NCBI GenBank assembly: GCA_030264375.1
Contig: JASCQW010000043.1
Coordinates: 65,275,986 to 65,339,985 of the forward strand
Origin: Carcharhinus longimanus
Lineage: Eukaryota
Direction of reading: 5' to 3'
DNA length: 64,000 nt
Shown here: in pieces, positions 11,890 to 24,095 of the stretch
How the letters are laid out: each line of letters begins with the position of its first letter
Position numbering within the stretch: the first letter of the stretch is position 1
Program-made: the position numbers and the translations under genes
The notes under the pieces: model-generated
The model's database searches: none
Told to the model about the DNA's origin: nothing
Seen by the model: the letters and a program-made list of their open reading frames with translations, nothing else

Positions 11890-14230
11890 GTTGATGCTAC
11901 TCCTCACAATTCCCTGGTGATATGCATGAGCTATATCTACAACACTTTCCCCAGTGAATGCAGAATTACAATATAATTGTCACACAACACAAGATCAGAT
12001 GTGGTTGTAATGGTGAGTTCATCTCCTACGTTGTGAAGATGTCTGTAAGCAATTTTGTTTGTAAACACTCCCTTGATTGTATCTTTCCACGTGTTGTGAT
12101 TCCATATCCGTCACACATAGTTGTTCTGTTGTCACTTTGATGTCAGCTGGTTTTAGTGAGTTTGGCACTACATTTATGTTCAGATAGTTAAGATGTTGTT
12201 TACAACCTTTTTTTCATGACCATTAGGGTCGACTGTCAACAAAGATAATGGAAGGTAATTTGCTGGGTCGCATTTGCCTGGCTGATATCCAACATGGAAC
12301 TTGTACTCTTGAAGTTTGAGTATCCACTGGATTATTGAACAAGATTACTCATGGTCCATAATCACTTATTACTTCAAGCTTACTTCCCTACGAATAGACA
12401 TGAAAGTATAAGATACTGATGTGATTGAGAGTGCTTCTCTGTTTGCAAATAACGTTGCTGTAAGGGTTTTAGCAATCTGTTTGCTATCACAGTGATTGAT
12501 AGGTTGCCAGCCTTTTTCTGCACAAGAACTGCTTCTAAGTTTCCACGGTTTGGTGGGTTGTTTTCTCAGGGTTGGAATAGGCATTTGTGCAACTTGCTGA
12601 CAACCGTTCTTCACTCTGGTGTACAGCCTGCATGTGCGATTTAGTCTACTCCCATCTCCTTTATCACATTGTGCAAGAGGCCAGATAGCATAATGAGGTC
12701 AGGAATGAAGTAACTATAGAACATGATGAGTCCTAGCAGATTCCAGACTTCCTGCATGTCTGTAGGATTTACAGCATTTGCAATGGCTTTAACATTCCGT
12801 AAATAAGAACAAAGAGCACAATAAGAACAAATACAGCACAAGAACAGACCCTTCGGCACACCAAGCCTACGCCAATACATGACACTTTCCTAAACTGAAG
12901 ATCTTTTGCTTCTACATGGTGTGTATCCCTCTATTCCCTGCTTAACTGTACACCTGTCAAGATGCCTCTTGAAGATTCAATTATATCTGCTTCTACCACC
13001 TCTTCCAGCAAAGCATTCCAGGCACTTGCCTCCCTCTGTAAAAAAAAATTGTTTCTCATGTCTCCTTTAAACTTTCCCCCTTTTACCTTAAACTATGTCC
13101 CCTAGTGATTGACATTTCTACCCTGGGAAAGAGACTCTGACTATCCATTCTATCCACGCCTCTCATAATTTTGTAAACTTCTGTAGGGTTGCCCCTCAGC
13201 CTCTGACGTTCAAATAAAAACAAATCAAATTTGTCCAATCTCTCCTCACAGCTAATACCCTCTAAACAAGGCAACATCCTGATAAACCTTTTCTGTACCC
13301 TCTTCAAAACCTCCTCATCCTTTTGGTAGTATGGTGACTAGAACTGTATGCAATATTCCAAACGCAACCTAACTAAAGTTCTGTACAGCTGCAACGTGAC
13401 TTGCCAATTTTTAATACTCAATTCCCCGACCGACGAAAGCAAGTATGCCATATGCCTTCTTGACCACCTTATCGAATTACGTTGCCACTTTCGAGGAACT
13501 GTGACATCTATGCCTAGATCCCTCTGAACGTTAATGCTTCTAAGGTGATTCTTTTTCATCGTCGAACACTTGATCCAGAGGCCCATATTTAATGCACTCA
13601 ATAATATTTAGATCAAGAAGGCATTCAAGTTCTTTTTCTCTGCTATCTGACATAAAATAGTATTCGTTACCATTGACATGTGACTGGGGCAGTTAGGGTC
13701 TACATACAGATTGCTTGTCACATCTTTCAGTTTGTCAGTGAGGCAGTCAGCATACAATTTGAGAGTGTTCTTGGTATGCAATCTGTTGCTGTGTGGGAAC
13801 TGTAACGTGTGCCACATTCTCCAGATATGATATAGAGTACAACATTCATTTTAGTGTCTTTGATTAAGACTAATATTTCAAAACTCTCTGGAACCATCAG
13901 TGGTTTGCCACCGCTGTAAGAGAAAATTCTATATTTCCTAGTTTGCAGAAGAATTTGTTGAACATTTTGCCTCCCATGACAGTGACAGATGCTCCTGTCT
14001 CTATGAGAGCATCTACATCTGAGCAGCCAATGGTTACTGTTACATGTGGCTTGTTACTGTGTCTGAAAGAGAGCACAAAATTATATTCAGGGTCATCTGC
14101 CTTTACGTTCTCTCGCCCTTTGCTGTGGCACACACATGTGGCACCCTTCTGGTAGTATTGGTCTCAGCTGGTTTTGCTGACCAGTGTCAAACACAAGCAA
14201 AGTGGTTGAGTTTTCAACACCTGTGAAGTT
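11890..14230 (-). mobile_element. Decayed Gypsy/Ty3 LTR-retrotransposon internal region (gag knuckle-protease-RT-RNaseH-integrase)
   Basis: KLNHFACV knuckle (~14200), protease ALIETGASV, AIANAVNPTDMQEVWNLLGL, RNaseH REALSI and WILKLQEYKF..PGK, integrase IAHAYHQGIV; interrupted by a CR1. Confidence 0.82.
12802..13535 (-). mobile_element. CR1 (HER1-like) LINE 3' fragment nested in the Gypsy
   Basis: LQLYRTLVRLRLEYCIQF and RVQKRFIRMLPCLEGISCEERLDK..RLRGN; AAGAAC-type tail repeats at left. Confidence 0.88.
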
Positions 14231-14694
14231 CTCAATGAATAAACAATAAGATTCAGCAAGATGCATTCAGAGTCAGGTCCGTATGTGCTGTTAAAACCTG
14301 GATTATTTTCTTCCCCTTCTTAATGTACCTGTGCTGGTATATTTGTATGGCAACAATGCAATTTTCAATACTCTACATCTGTCCTCTTAATAAGTAAGAG
14401 GCATAGAATGTTTTAATAATTTGTTTCCAAAAGAGTAAATTATGCAATTTTCAATACACTACAATCAGAGTGTATTATTTTAAGATTGATATTAGGGTGC
14501 TCTACTTCACTCACAGTCTGATCTATATTTAAAATATACACCTGAGTAAAGTGATGAAAGAAAAAGATCCTGAAACCTTTTAAGAAGTAGCCAAGTGCTA
14601 AAAGGGAACAGTGCATGATCTTTCTGGATGAATGAATGAAGACAGTTCATTAAGATGCATCTATCTGATGCTTAGACATGACCTCTGTTTAGCA

Positions 14695-15213
14695 TGCTAT
14701 CTTATCTGAAAGACAGCGCCTCTAACAGCGCAACACTGCTTCAGTGCAGCAATGAAACCTCAACCTCATGTGCATAAGTTACTGAATTGAAACTTGAACC
14801 TGTGGGCTGCCTTTTTTTAAAATATTCGTTCATGGGACATGGGCGTCACTGGCTGGCCAGCACTTATTTCCCATCCCTAGTTGCCCTTGGAGGGCAGGTT
14901 AGAGTCAATCATATTGCACTGGTTCTGGAGTCACATGTAGACCAGAGCAGACAAGGATGGCAGCTTTCCTTCTCTAAAGGACATTAGTGAACCAGATAGG
15001 TTTTTCTGACAATCAACAATGGTTTGATCATCAGTAGATTTTTAATTACGGATTATTTTGTGTTATTTAATTCAAATTCCATCAACTGGCATGATGGGAT
15101 TCGAACTCAGGTCCCCAGAATATTGGCTGAGTTTCTGGATTAATAGTCTGGTGATAATATCACAAGGCCATTACCTCCTCTATTCAGAGGAAAAGAGTGC
15201 CACCTCTGTAGCT
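14695..15213 (-). mobile_element. DeuSINE-like (SacSINE1/AmnSINE1-type) 5' half, split by a younger SINE
   Basis: Reverse strand GGCACTCTTTTCCTCTGA (15180-15213) continues at 14805 with GGTTCAAGTTTCAA..GAGGCGCTGTCTTTCAGATAAGA, a Deu-domain-like core. Confidence 0.6.
14812..15178 (-). mobile_element. Full-length tRNA-derived SINE sharing its 3' tail with the LINE at 5615
   Basis: B box GAGTTCGAATCC on the minus strand; body GGTTCACTAATGTCCTTTAG..; tail TAGGGATGGGAAATAAGTGCTGGCCAGCCAGTGACGCCCATGTCCC. Confidence 0.8.
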
Positions 15214-15584
15214 CACGTATTGTGAAGTGCCTCCTGTGAGTTGCATCTCTCCACAGGCCCTCTTGCTGCTTCCTCTCTTGGGTATGTAGCCTTCAGTTTG
15301 TGACCATTCACCTGCCTAGTGTTCGTGTTGTTGCTCCAGCGGTCATGTTGCTCATCACTGTAAATGACACCCATCCTAATGTGATAGAATAATCTCCTGC
15401 CATCAAACCTCCAAAGTGTTAAGAGTCAAATTTCAACAAAAATTCTGCTCCCTCTGTGCACTGATCTAGCTGCCTTTCACTGCATGGTTACTTTCTGGGA
15501 GCCTAGGAAACACGTGCATTAGATGTTAACCTGACATGTCTGTATTAATGTAGATCTAATTGAGCAATTAAAAAATATTCAACA

Positions 15585-15720
15585 AAAATAATATACTGTG
15601 GATGGCGGAATTCCAAACTAAAATACATGAAATGCTAGAAATACTCACAGGTTTGGTAGCGTCTGTGAAGAGAGAAACAGAATTAACTTTTCAGGTCAAT
15701 TAAAGACCTTTCTTCCTTCC
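15585..15720 (-). mobile_element. Penelope-like pseudo-LTR fragment (inverted relative to the downstream body)
   Basis: Reverse complement of the TCTCTC..ACAGATGCTGCCAGACCTG.TGAG..CAGCATTT motif also seen at 23015, 28080 and 62280. Confidence 0.65.
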
Positions 15721-15869
15721 TGTATGTTAAATACCAAGCTGTTATTCCTGAGGGAATTGCTCAGATGCAGTCTAATGCAGTGGACTTAAGTCCTGAGGTT
15801 GGAGACAGTCTCCTGACAGACAATCAATTTCTCTTCTTTTGACCCTCCCCAACCAGCAGCAAAATCCCT

Positions 15870-17250
15870 GAGCTTGAGCTTTCCTTGGCCTGGCAGCTCT
15901 TCACTTCTTCCTCAAACAGAGGTCTGAACAATCCTCATCTATTACAGTCCTCCGTCTGGCTAAATTGGTTCTCTCACTCAACAATTTCTCCTTTAACTCA
16001 TCTCATTTCCTCCAAATATAAGGTGTGGCCAGGTGCACCCGAATGGGTCCCAGTTATAGGTTATGTGAAGCATTCCTTGTTCCAGTCCTACTCCAGCCCT
16101 CTCCCACAACTCCTTTATGAGTACATCGACAACTATTTTGGTGCCACTTCATGCTTTCATCCGGATCTGGAAAAATTGATCAATTTTGCTTCCGTGTTCC
16201 ACCACTCTATCACTGCTACACCATCCATCTCTGACTCTTATCTTCCCTTTCTGGACCTCTTTGTTTCCAAAGATGGAGTTAAAAAATACCCATTCCTAGC
16301 CCAACAACTCCCACAACCACCTTGATTACAGCTCTTCATACCCCACAATCTTTAAGGACTCCATCCCATCCTTTCAGTTCCCTCACCTCCGCCGCACCTG
16401 CCCTGATGATGCCACTTTAAAAATAGTGCTGCCGATACTTCTTCCATCTTTCTCAATCGTGGTTTTCCACCAACTGGTTGACAGAACTATCAATCATGTC
16501 CAACCCAAAACTTGGGCTACTGTCTCACCCTCTCCTCTCTCTCCCAGAATCAGGAATAGATCCTCCTTGTCCTCAGTTTTAAACCCTACCAGTTTCCGCA
16601 TTCAAAGGACCATTTTCCGCCAACTCCAGCATGATGCCACTAATCAACACATCTTCCCCTCATTCACCTCCCCCATCACCATTCCGCAGGGATTGTTCTC
16701 TCTGCGACACATTGGTCTGTTCCTCCATCACACCCAACACCTCACTCCTTGTTCATGGCACCTTCTCATGCAACCGTAGAATTTGTCCCTTTACCTCCTC
16801 CCTGCTCACTGTCCCAGGTCCTAAACACTCCTTTCAGGTGGAGAAGCACTTCATATGCATCTCCTTCAATCCAATCTATTGCAATCTTTACTCCCAATGC
16901 AGTCTACTCTACATCAGAGAGACAAAACGCACACTGGGTGACTGCTTTGCTGAACACCTTCAGTCCATCCGCAAGCAGGACCCAAATCTTCCTGTCGCTT
17001 GCCACTTCAACACACCCACCCTGTTCTCCTGTCCACATGGCCATCCTCGACCTTTTGCAATGTTCTAGTGAACCCCAATGCAAACTGGAGGAACAGCACA
17101 TCATCTTCCGATTGGGCACTTTTTGGCCTTCCAGACTGAACACTGAGTTCAAAAATGTCAAAGCACGAATTCCCCCCTCCGCCTTCATCCCATTTCCATT
17201 TATTTTATTTCATTTTGTTTAATCTCATTCATCTATTTTATCATCCTTCT
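15870..17250 (+). mobile_element. Penelope-like element: RT C-terminal part plus GIY-YIG endonuclease, pseudogenised
   Basis: LVLSLNNFSFNSSHFLQ..RMGPSY, YIDN (YIDD), and NPIYCNLYSQCSLLYIRETKRTLGDCFAEHL..LPVACHFN, KLEEQHIIFRLGT. Confidence 0.88.
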
Positions 17251-17561
17251 TTCTGTAAACTAGTTTGGATACGAAGGGTTTTAAAATATTCTAATATAAC
17301 AGTAATTCATAGCAGAGCCAGTTAATTATTTTTGCTTTCTTTTGTGGAATATCTTTTTTCAAATTAATGCATTTTATCTTAATATAAGTTAGAATTGGAC
17401 TTTTTTTAGGCAGAGCTTATTCTCCAGTCTCAGCACCATACTTATTAAAATCAGCACTGAATAACCTATGACCAATAACCTGGGCCAATTCTAGAAAAAT
17501 AAAATTCCCCTCTGGCTCTTGAAGATGATAAAACTGAGTTCCAGGAGATAGAAATGTGCAC

Positions 17562-17805
17562 AAGGCTTGCCAAACCTTTGAGACTGACCTGAAATCTCCA
17601 GGAATTAAAGATTAAATTCTTAACTGTGGCAAACAGGTCAGGAGAAAAATCATAGCGCAGTTGAAAGAATTGAATGTTTTATTTTGAACATCTCCATTTG
17701 TTGGTTATAGCAATATTAGTGGTGCAAATAAAGCCTGCCTGGAAGTGTCTGAGATACATGTGACAAAACCTCCAAAAATAAATCCCACCAAAGTTGGTAA
17801 CACTC
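17562..17805. mobile_element. hAT-type MITE
   Basis: Imperfect TIRs AAGGCTTGCCAA / GTTGGTAACACTC; 8-bp TSD ATGTGCAC (17554-17561) and ACGTGCAC (17806-17813). Confidence 0.65.
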
Positions 17806-18516
17806 ACGTGCACAAAGGACTATACCCATTATCATGTTCATTCTTTCACTACAGCAATATCTTCCTCCTCCAAATACTTGTCCATCATCCTTTTAAACAA
17901 TTGTAAGCAAGAACCTCACAAAAACTTTACATGCGCTGATATTGTATTCTATGATCCAATTTTCCACTAGTACCATTCCCATGGCTCCTGTTCAGATACT
18001 TGATCTCGTCTTTAGCATTTTATCAGTAATGTTAAGCTGTTTGACAGCAGAATAGATAATAGAAAGATCCTATTGGTGATATTACTGCCAAACCAGAAGA
18101 GAAAATTGCAGCATTTGATGTAGGAGTTATAATTATAACACTTAACAAGTTAATTTCTTTCCAAAGGCAGCATTCAGCCATCAATATTTTTACTTTCCTT
18201 ACAAGATCATGAACTCAGTACTTGCACAATCACATGCACCATTTCCAAACAGGACAGGACTGGGGGTTTAATTCAACCTCAGCACAACAATCAAAAATGT
18301 TCGAATCTAGGTGCTATATATTTCTACACTATGGTAATCTAAATTATAAATGGCGAGTGATTTCTTTCAGTAATTTGCACATATTGCTTTTACATTAAAA
18401 TTAGGTCAGAAGGAAATAGACTCACTGGGAATTCGTGCTCATCGGTCAACCAAGTGGATCACTTAACTTTAATTAACTATATCTACTAATTATGTTGCTT
18501 CAGCTTACTCATTGGC

Positions 18517-18747
18517 TGTGGTAGCATGCCCCTTTAAGGGGTGAGATATTTGGGGAGGGGGAGTCATGTGACCTATTGGGCTAATTGTGACGAGGTGTGG
18601 GACCATGGACTTTCTAACAGTTGGAGTCTGGGAGTCATGGAGTTCAGAAGCATTTTTATCCCTTGTCTTGCATATAGTTATTTTCCCACAAATAAACCCT
18701 TGTTTATCTGCCTCCTTGCTGGTTATCAGTTCCTCGCAGCTATTACA
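18517..18747 (+). mobile_element. Solo LTR, 231 bp
   Basis: TGTGGTAG...CTATTACA termini; perfect 5-bp TSD TTGGC (18512-18516, 18748-18752); internal AATAAA near 18691. Confidence 0.85.
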
Positions 18748-19906
18748 TTGGCCATCTAATTTTCAAATTGATTATAAGTCACACTCAATGAATTGGTGCT
18801 CTCTTGGCTTTAAAAGACGCACAGCGCATCCAGTTAAATATTTTAACTCTATTTTATTATCCGAAGTTCAAGTGTTGTGAAAGTGGAATATTTCTATCAG
18901 TGCTTCTGGAATTTTGTTCTGATCAGGAGTTGAAGCTGATACAAGTGTTTGTAGGATTAAATTTATATTCTGATTAAAATCAGAATTTAAAAATGGTCTG
19001 AGGCCAATAACGAGTTAACAATATAATTAGCAAATTGAACAGGTACTTTTTTTTTGTGAGGAAACTTACAGGTGATACTCCAAATGCCTGTTAAAGTCAG
19101 TTCTAGCGTCGATTTTATTCCCCACCCCACTTAAATCTTACTAAGACTGAGATTAAAATCCATACATATCATGCCCAAAACAGATTTATCATGAACAAAT
19201 AAGATTATGTTTAGAATTTGGATAATTAGAACTGTGTTAGAAAATGTCCATTTGGGACTGTTACCTGTTCACCTCAGATTTATTCAGTGAATTTGTGCAG
19301 TTCTACTGGCTTTGAAGGCCCATTAGTAGTGCAGAGTCAGTGGGAGCATTTGAACTATTGGCTGAAGCAGCAGTCAAATAATCTCTACCCCTGAAGTCCT
19401 TCCCTGTTGTATTGAAGAATTTAAAAAACAATTTAAATGTATCCATTCTGAATGGAAGGCTGCACAACTCCCTATAAAACTTAATTTGCTTGTCTAATGC
19501 TTGTATAATGTCATCAACAACAACATTAATAACTTGCACTTGAATGGTGCCTTTAGTGCAGAATCATGACACAAACTGCTTCCTCTGGCAAGGGATAATG
19601 ATTTTTATTCAGCTTTCTTGTAATACAAAGCATCAGTGAATTCCCTTATGCAATAATAGATGACAATCTGGGAAATACTGCAAATATCACCAGTCCCAAC
19701 TGGAAGGAAGCTCAAGGTGTTGAAGTTCATGCATGTGGTCACCTTCGTAGCCATTGAAAATGCAGTTCTCGTGGTGCTCAAAGTTTGCCATTATGCCTGC
19801 TGCAGCTGTTAGATTTCAAAAAGACCTCCTTAGGTAAACAGAAAAATTTTGACTTTCCTGAGGTTTAGATAAGAGAATTGCCTCCTGTGAACCCTATGTC
19901 TGGTGT

Positions 19907-20156
19907 TGAACATAGAACATAGAACATAGAACATTACAGCGCAGAACAGGCCCTTCGGCCCACGATGTTGCGCCGACCAGNNNNNNNNNNNNNNNNNNNN
20001 NNNNNNNNNNNNNNNNNNNNNNNNNNNNNNNNNNNNNNNNNNNNNNNNNNNNNNNNNNNNNNNNNNNNNNNNNNNNNNNNCCCCTCGTGCTAGCTTTCTC
20101 CATCCGAGGAAAAAGGCTATCACTATCCACCCTATCTAAACCTCTAATCATCTTAT
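19907..20156 (-). mobile_element. Young CR1/HER1 LINE 3' end spanning a gap
   Basis: (CATAGAA)n tail followed by CAGGCCCTTCGGCCCACGATGTTG; YKMIRGLDRVDSDSLFPRME after the gap. Confidence 0.85.
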
Positions 20157-20589
20157 AAGGTTGAGGACCTCTCTCCCTCTCCTCCTCCTCCATCTTCCAG
20201 CAGCTACTCCAGTTGTGTGTCACATCTGCTCATTCTCTCAGGCATGTTGCATTCCAAGGAAGATGCAAAACAACTGCACACATGTCTGAAAACATATAGT
20301 TTGTGCAGAATCCTTGAAGTCAGGACAAACTCCTGCAGCACATGCCATGCCACTCCCTGTAAACCTTAGCAGCTTTAAATCACTCTGGAAACCATCAAAC
20401 TCTTCTATAATCACAGCAACATCCAATCAGCAAAGCAACCTGAAAGAAGTGGATGATCGTTTTATATATCCTAATGGGAGTGAGAGAGTCATTCCTGCTA
20501 CTGAATGTGTGTCTAGTTGTACAAGATTAAGAGATGGCATTGGATAGAAAATTTAGTTTCAAAACAGAGCACTTGCATCAAATCATGAT

Positions 20590-21960
20590 TGTACATTAAC
20601 TCCACAATCTGCTTACTCTACGTATTTCCAGAAGGCACTCAGGTCAAACCCTGTACACTATGGGATTGCCCATTTCCATTACTCACCTTTGCACAGTTGC
20701 TTTTGAAGAGTCTCCTCAATCTCTATGAATTTAGGAATGTATCTGGGATAAAAGTTGGCAGCACTGAGTGATGTTGGCAACTCTTTCACATTAAACAGTC
20801 AGAAGTGCATGAATGACTTTGATGTTGTGTATAGGCTTTTCTCCAGTTGCTGCCTGGAAAGTCAAACTCAAATTTTGTGAATTGCATTTGTTCTTGCTGA
20901 ATTGTGCTGTGTGAGTTGGGTGAGTATCACTGATCACATTCTGCTTTGTCCCTTCCACAGAAATAACATCAGCAAGTAGTTTGACAGTCACCTGAGCATC
21001 TGACAAGATTGAAGAAACAGTTTTCTGGAATGTTGTGCTTGGTGCTGAGCTTAGTCCATGGGGCGGAAGGGGGTGCATTCTTTGGATACACTTTATGAGT
21101 GACAAAAACTGTTAGAACTAACTTTGACTCGCTTGTAGTATCTGAAGATAGTTTGGATGTTTGTGGAGCTTTATGAAGACTGTAGAATTATGAAATGATG
21201 CTGTTAGTTCTTGGATTGCTGGGCGGCACAATAGTACAATGGTTAGCAGTGCTGCTTCACAGCTCCAGGGACCTGGGTTCGATTCCCAGCTCAGGTCATT
21301 GTCTGTGTGGAGTTTGCACATACTCCTCATGTCTGTGTGGGTTTCCTCCCACAGAACAAAGATGTGCGGGTTAGGTTGATTGGCCATGCTAAGAAATTGC
21401 CCCTTAGTGTCCAGGGATGTGTAGGTTAGACAGATTATTGGGTATAATATATAGGGATACGGGGGTAGGGCCTGGGTGGGATTGTGTTCGGTGTGGAATC
21501 GATGGGCCAAAGGGCCTCTTTCTGCACTGTAGGGTTCTGTGATTCTGATTCTGGATTGCTGGAAGTGGATATTTATCTGGAACGATTGCTTTGTTGATTG
21601 TTGTAAGGTCAATGCATAGTCTAAGTTCACAATGACTATGTTCGATATCCAGGGTGATGAATCAATTCATTCAGTGATCCTGTCTGCTTCTAGTCATCTC
21701 ATCTCCTGTGTCACTTCAGTATCAAGTGCAAATGGCAACCTTCTCAAATTGTTGTGACAGGCAGAATTGTGGTGTCAACACGAGGAGTAATGACAGTATC
21801 CCTTGATCTCCTAATGAAGGAAGGAAGGATACCATTTTACGCAGTCTGTGTCATCAATCACATTATTCTGTGTTCCAGTGAAGTCAGCAAGTTTGAAACC
21901 AAGCTTTACCCCAATAAGATTTCTGCATTCAGCTAAATAGAATGAGAACCTGTTGAGGGT
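20590..21960 (-). mobile_element. Decayed Gypsy reverse transcriptase region
   Basis: IDSSPWISNIVIV, LCIDLTTINKAIVPDKYPLPAIQEL, PHGLSSAPSTTFQKTVSSIL, VKEL..AANFYPRYIP; split by a SINE. Confidence 0.82.
21221..21551 (+). mobile_element. Full-length HE1-type V-SINE with TSD
   Basis: GGGCGGCAC head, B box GGTTCGATTCC, CR1-type tail; TSD TGGATTGCT at 21212-21220 and 21552-21560. Confidence 0.9.
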
Positions 21961-22245
21961 TACCTTTCGATAGCATACTCAAACTGTAATCATTCCCAAA
22001 ACCAGAATAATAGAGTCAATGTAAGTTTGAAAAACATCATCACAAGAGTGAAAGAAAGTTGTGAAATGAACAGATGGTGGAGTTTGTTCTTAGTGTCGAT
22101 ACTTTCACACCAACATCAATGATGAGCGACGCTGCGGTGATTTTAATTCTACAATCCTTAAACTTACCTGATGCTTTATGATGGGTGATCTTTCAATGAG
22201 GTAGATTACAGCCTTCTGAAATCAACATTGAGTCCAACAACTTTA

Positions 22246-22993
22246 GACTGTGAATTTTCCCTTCCATCCTGACCTCTTATTGTTGCTGGTCTGGTGAGTG
22301 CTCCACAACCTGATGCAGCAGCAGGAGATATCCTGAAGGAGGAGGAGGGGGAAGAGGAGGAGTGGCCGAATGTTTTTGAGGAGGAGGATGCCCAGGAGGA
22401 TATGGAGGACGAGGCCAAGGACAAGCCAGAGGATGGAGGCGAGATGGCTGCAAGGGTCCAGCAGGGCAGGATGGCAAGGGAGGCCCTCATCGTCCCAAGG
22501 CTGTCTGATTGGAGGGCATGGAATACACTACCTCCAACCACCCACTTGCCCTTATCCCTCACTTCTTAAACACACTCCCCACCATGGGTCCCATTGACAT
22601 CACACCAGGGTGATGAGTCTGGGTTGGCTGTATTAGCAAGTTTCTGGTCTAGACAGGAGGGTGATAATCACCTGCTATGCAGCACACTGTGATGCTGCCC
22701 TCATGCAATAAAAGTCTGACTTCTACCTGTTCTCTGACTGTACACTGGCAGCAGGGGCTAAGTCTGACTGAGGGTTAGGGGCTATGCAGCCTTATGCCCT
22801 AGGGGTGGGGGTAGGAGTGGTGTTGGGTGTTGCTGGTCCTAGGTTCTGATGGGTACAGTGGATGCCATCCAAGGCTGTCTATCACTGTGGGCCTACATGG
22901 CCCCCACAGCTGGAACTGCTTGAGTGTCCATCAGGGACAGGAGCAGAAGAGTCGGCTGTTTCCTTGCTGAAATTGTTTGGGAAAATTCTACCC
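22246..22993 (+). mobile_element. Internally deleted Harbinger element carrying the transposase C-terminus
   Basis: Termini GACTGTGAATTTTCCC / GGGAAAATTCTACCC; VLHNLMQQ followed by an acidic tract and RMAREALI, typical of HARBI1-like C-termini. Confidence 0.65.
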
Positions 22994-23014
22994 GATATTT
23001 CTATCCCTCCTCAA

Positions 23015-23107
23015 TTCTGTAGAAGACTCATACTGACTTGAAACATTAACTCTGTTTCTCTGTCCACAGATGTTGCCAGACAGCATTATCCAGCATTTTC
23101 TGTTTTC
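23015..23107 (+). mobile_element. Penelope-like pseudo-LTR fragment with degenerate hammerhead core
   Basis: CTGTAGAA-GACTC-ATACT-GACTT-GAAAC then TCTGTCCACAGATGTTGCCAGAC..CCAGCATTTTCTG. Confidence 0.65.
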
Positions 23108-23529
23108 CCACATTCCCACACGTGTCAAAGACCTCTTCTTGAATGACATGGATACTTTTGCAAAATGATTGCAATTTAAGCATGAATGAGACTTCTCTCT
23201 TCGTGCTGACGGGTATTGATGGGTATCTATGCAATTTTAGTACAATTTTGAGGATATCAGAGAGTGATGGTCTCTCTGATATCTCTGGCAGAATATGTAT
23301 CGTTTGACCATCATACTTTTCTTTAGCCTGAAATAATTTTTGAGAGAATGTATCAGCATATCAAAGGTCTTCTATAAGCTGATCAAATACACACTGGCCT
23401 TTTGCTCCATGACTTGTTGAGTGTTGCCTTCATGAGGGTCACTACTACATGCAGAAAGTCCATCTCAACAGTGAACAAGTAGATCTTGAACCACAATGTC
23501 GATTGATCCCACAGCATGAATGGATTTTC

Positions 23530-24095
23530 TGGTGAAGAATGGTCAAAGGCTAGGAATCCTGTGCTGAGTAACTCACCTCCTGATTCTCCAAAGCCTGTAC
23601 ACCATTTACAAGGTACAAGTCAGGAGTGTAATAGAATGCCTTCCACTTGCTGGAAAAGTGCAGCCCCAACAATACTCAAGAAGCTTAGCACCATCTAGGA
23701 CAAAGAAGTCCAGTTGAGTGGCACCCCATCCACAAACATTCACTCCCTCCACCACCAATGCACCGTAACAGCTATGTGTACCATCTATAAGATGCACTGC
23801 AGGAACTCACCAAGTCTCCTTTGACAACCCCTTCCAAGCCCATGACCACTACCAATTAGAAGGACAAGGGCAGCAGATACATTGAAACACCACCACCTGG
23901 AAGCTCCCCTTCAAGTCACATACCATTACCAGCATTCCTTTGCTGTCATTGGATCAAAAGCCTGGAACTCCCTACCTAGCAGCATTGTGGGTGTACCTAA
24001 ACCGCATGGACTGCAGCAGTTCAAGGCAGCTCACCACCACTATCTCAAAGGCAATACTGGCCTAGCTACTGATACCAACATCCCATAGATGAAAA
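23530..24095 (+). mobile_element. CR1/L2-group LINE 3' fragment (same family as 5615)
   Basis: Collinear with 5615-6210: ACAAGTCAGGAGTGT, AGAAGGACAAGGGCAGCAGATAC, GGACTGCAGCAGTTCAAGG. Confidence 0.8.

Noticed and set aside
14356-14463. 22-bp direct repeat ATGCAATTTTCAATAC(T/A)CTACA, 86 bp apart
   Set aside because: Only two AT-rich copies; probably a small old local duplication with no further structure
21221-21295. tRNA-like A/B boxes
   Set aside because: SINE heads rather than tRNA genes; they continue into SINE bodies and I could not fold a full cloverleaf
22294-22569. Acidic 91-aa ORF resembling a host protein
   Set aside because: Explained as a Harbinger transposase C-terminal tail
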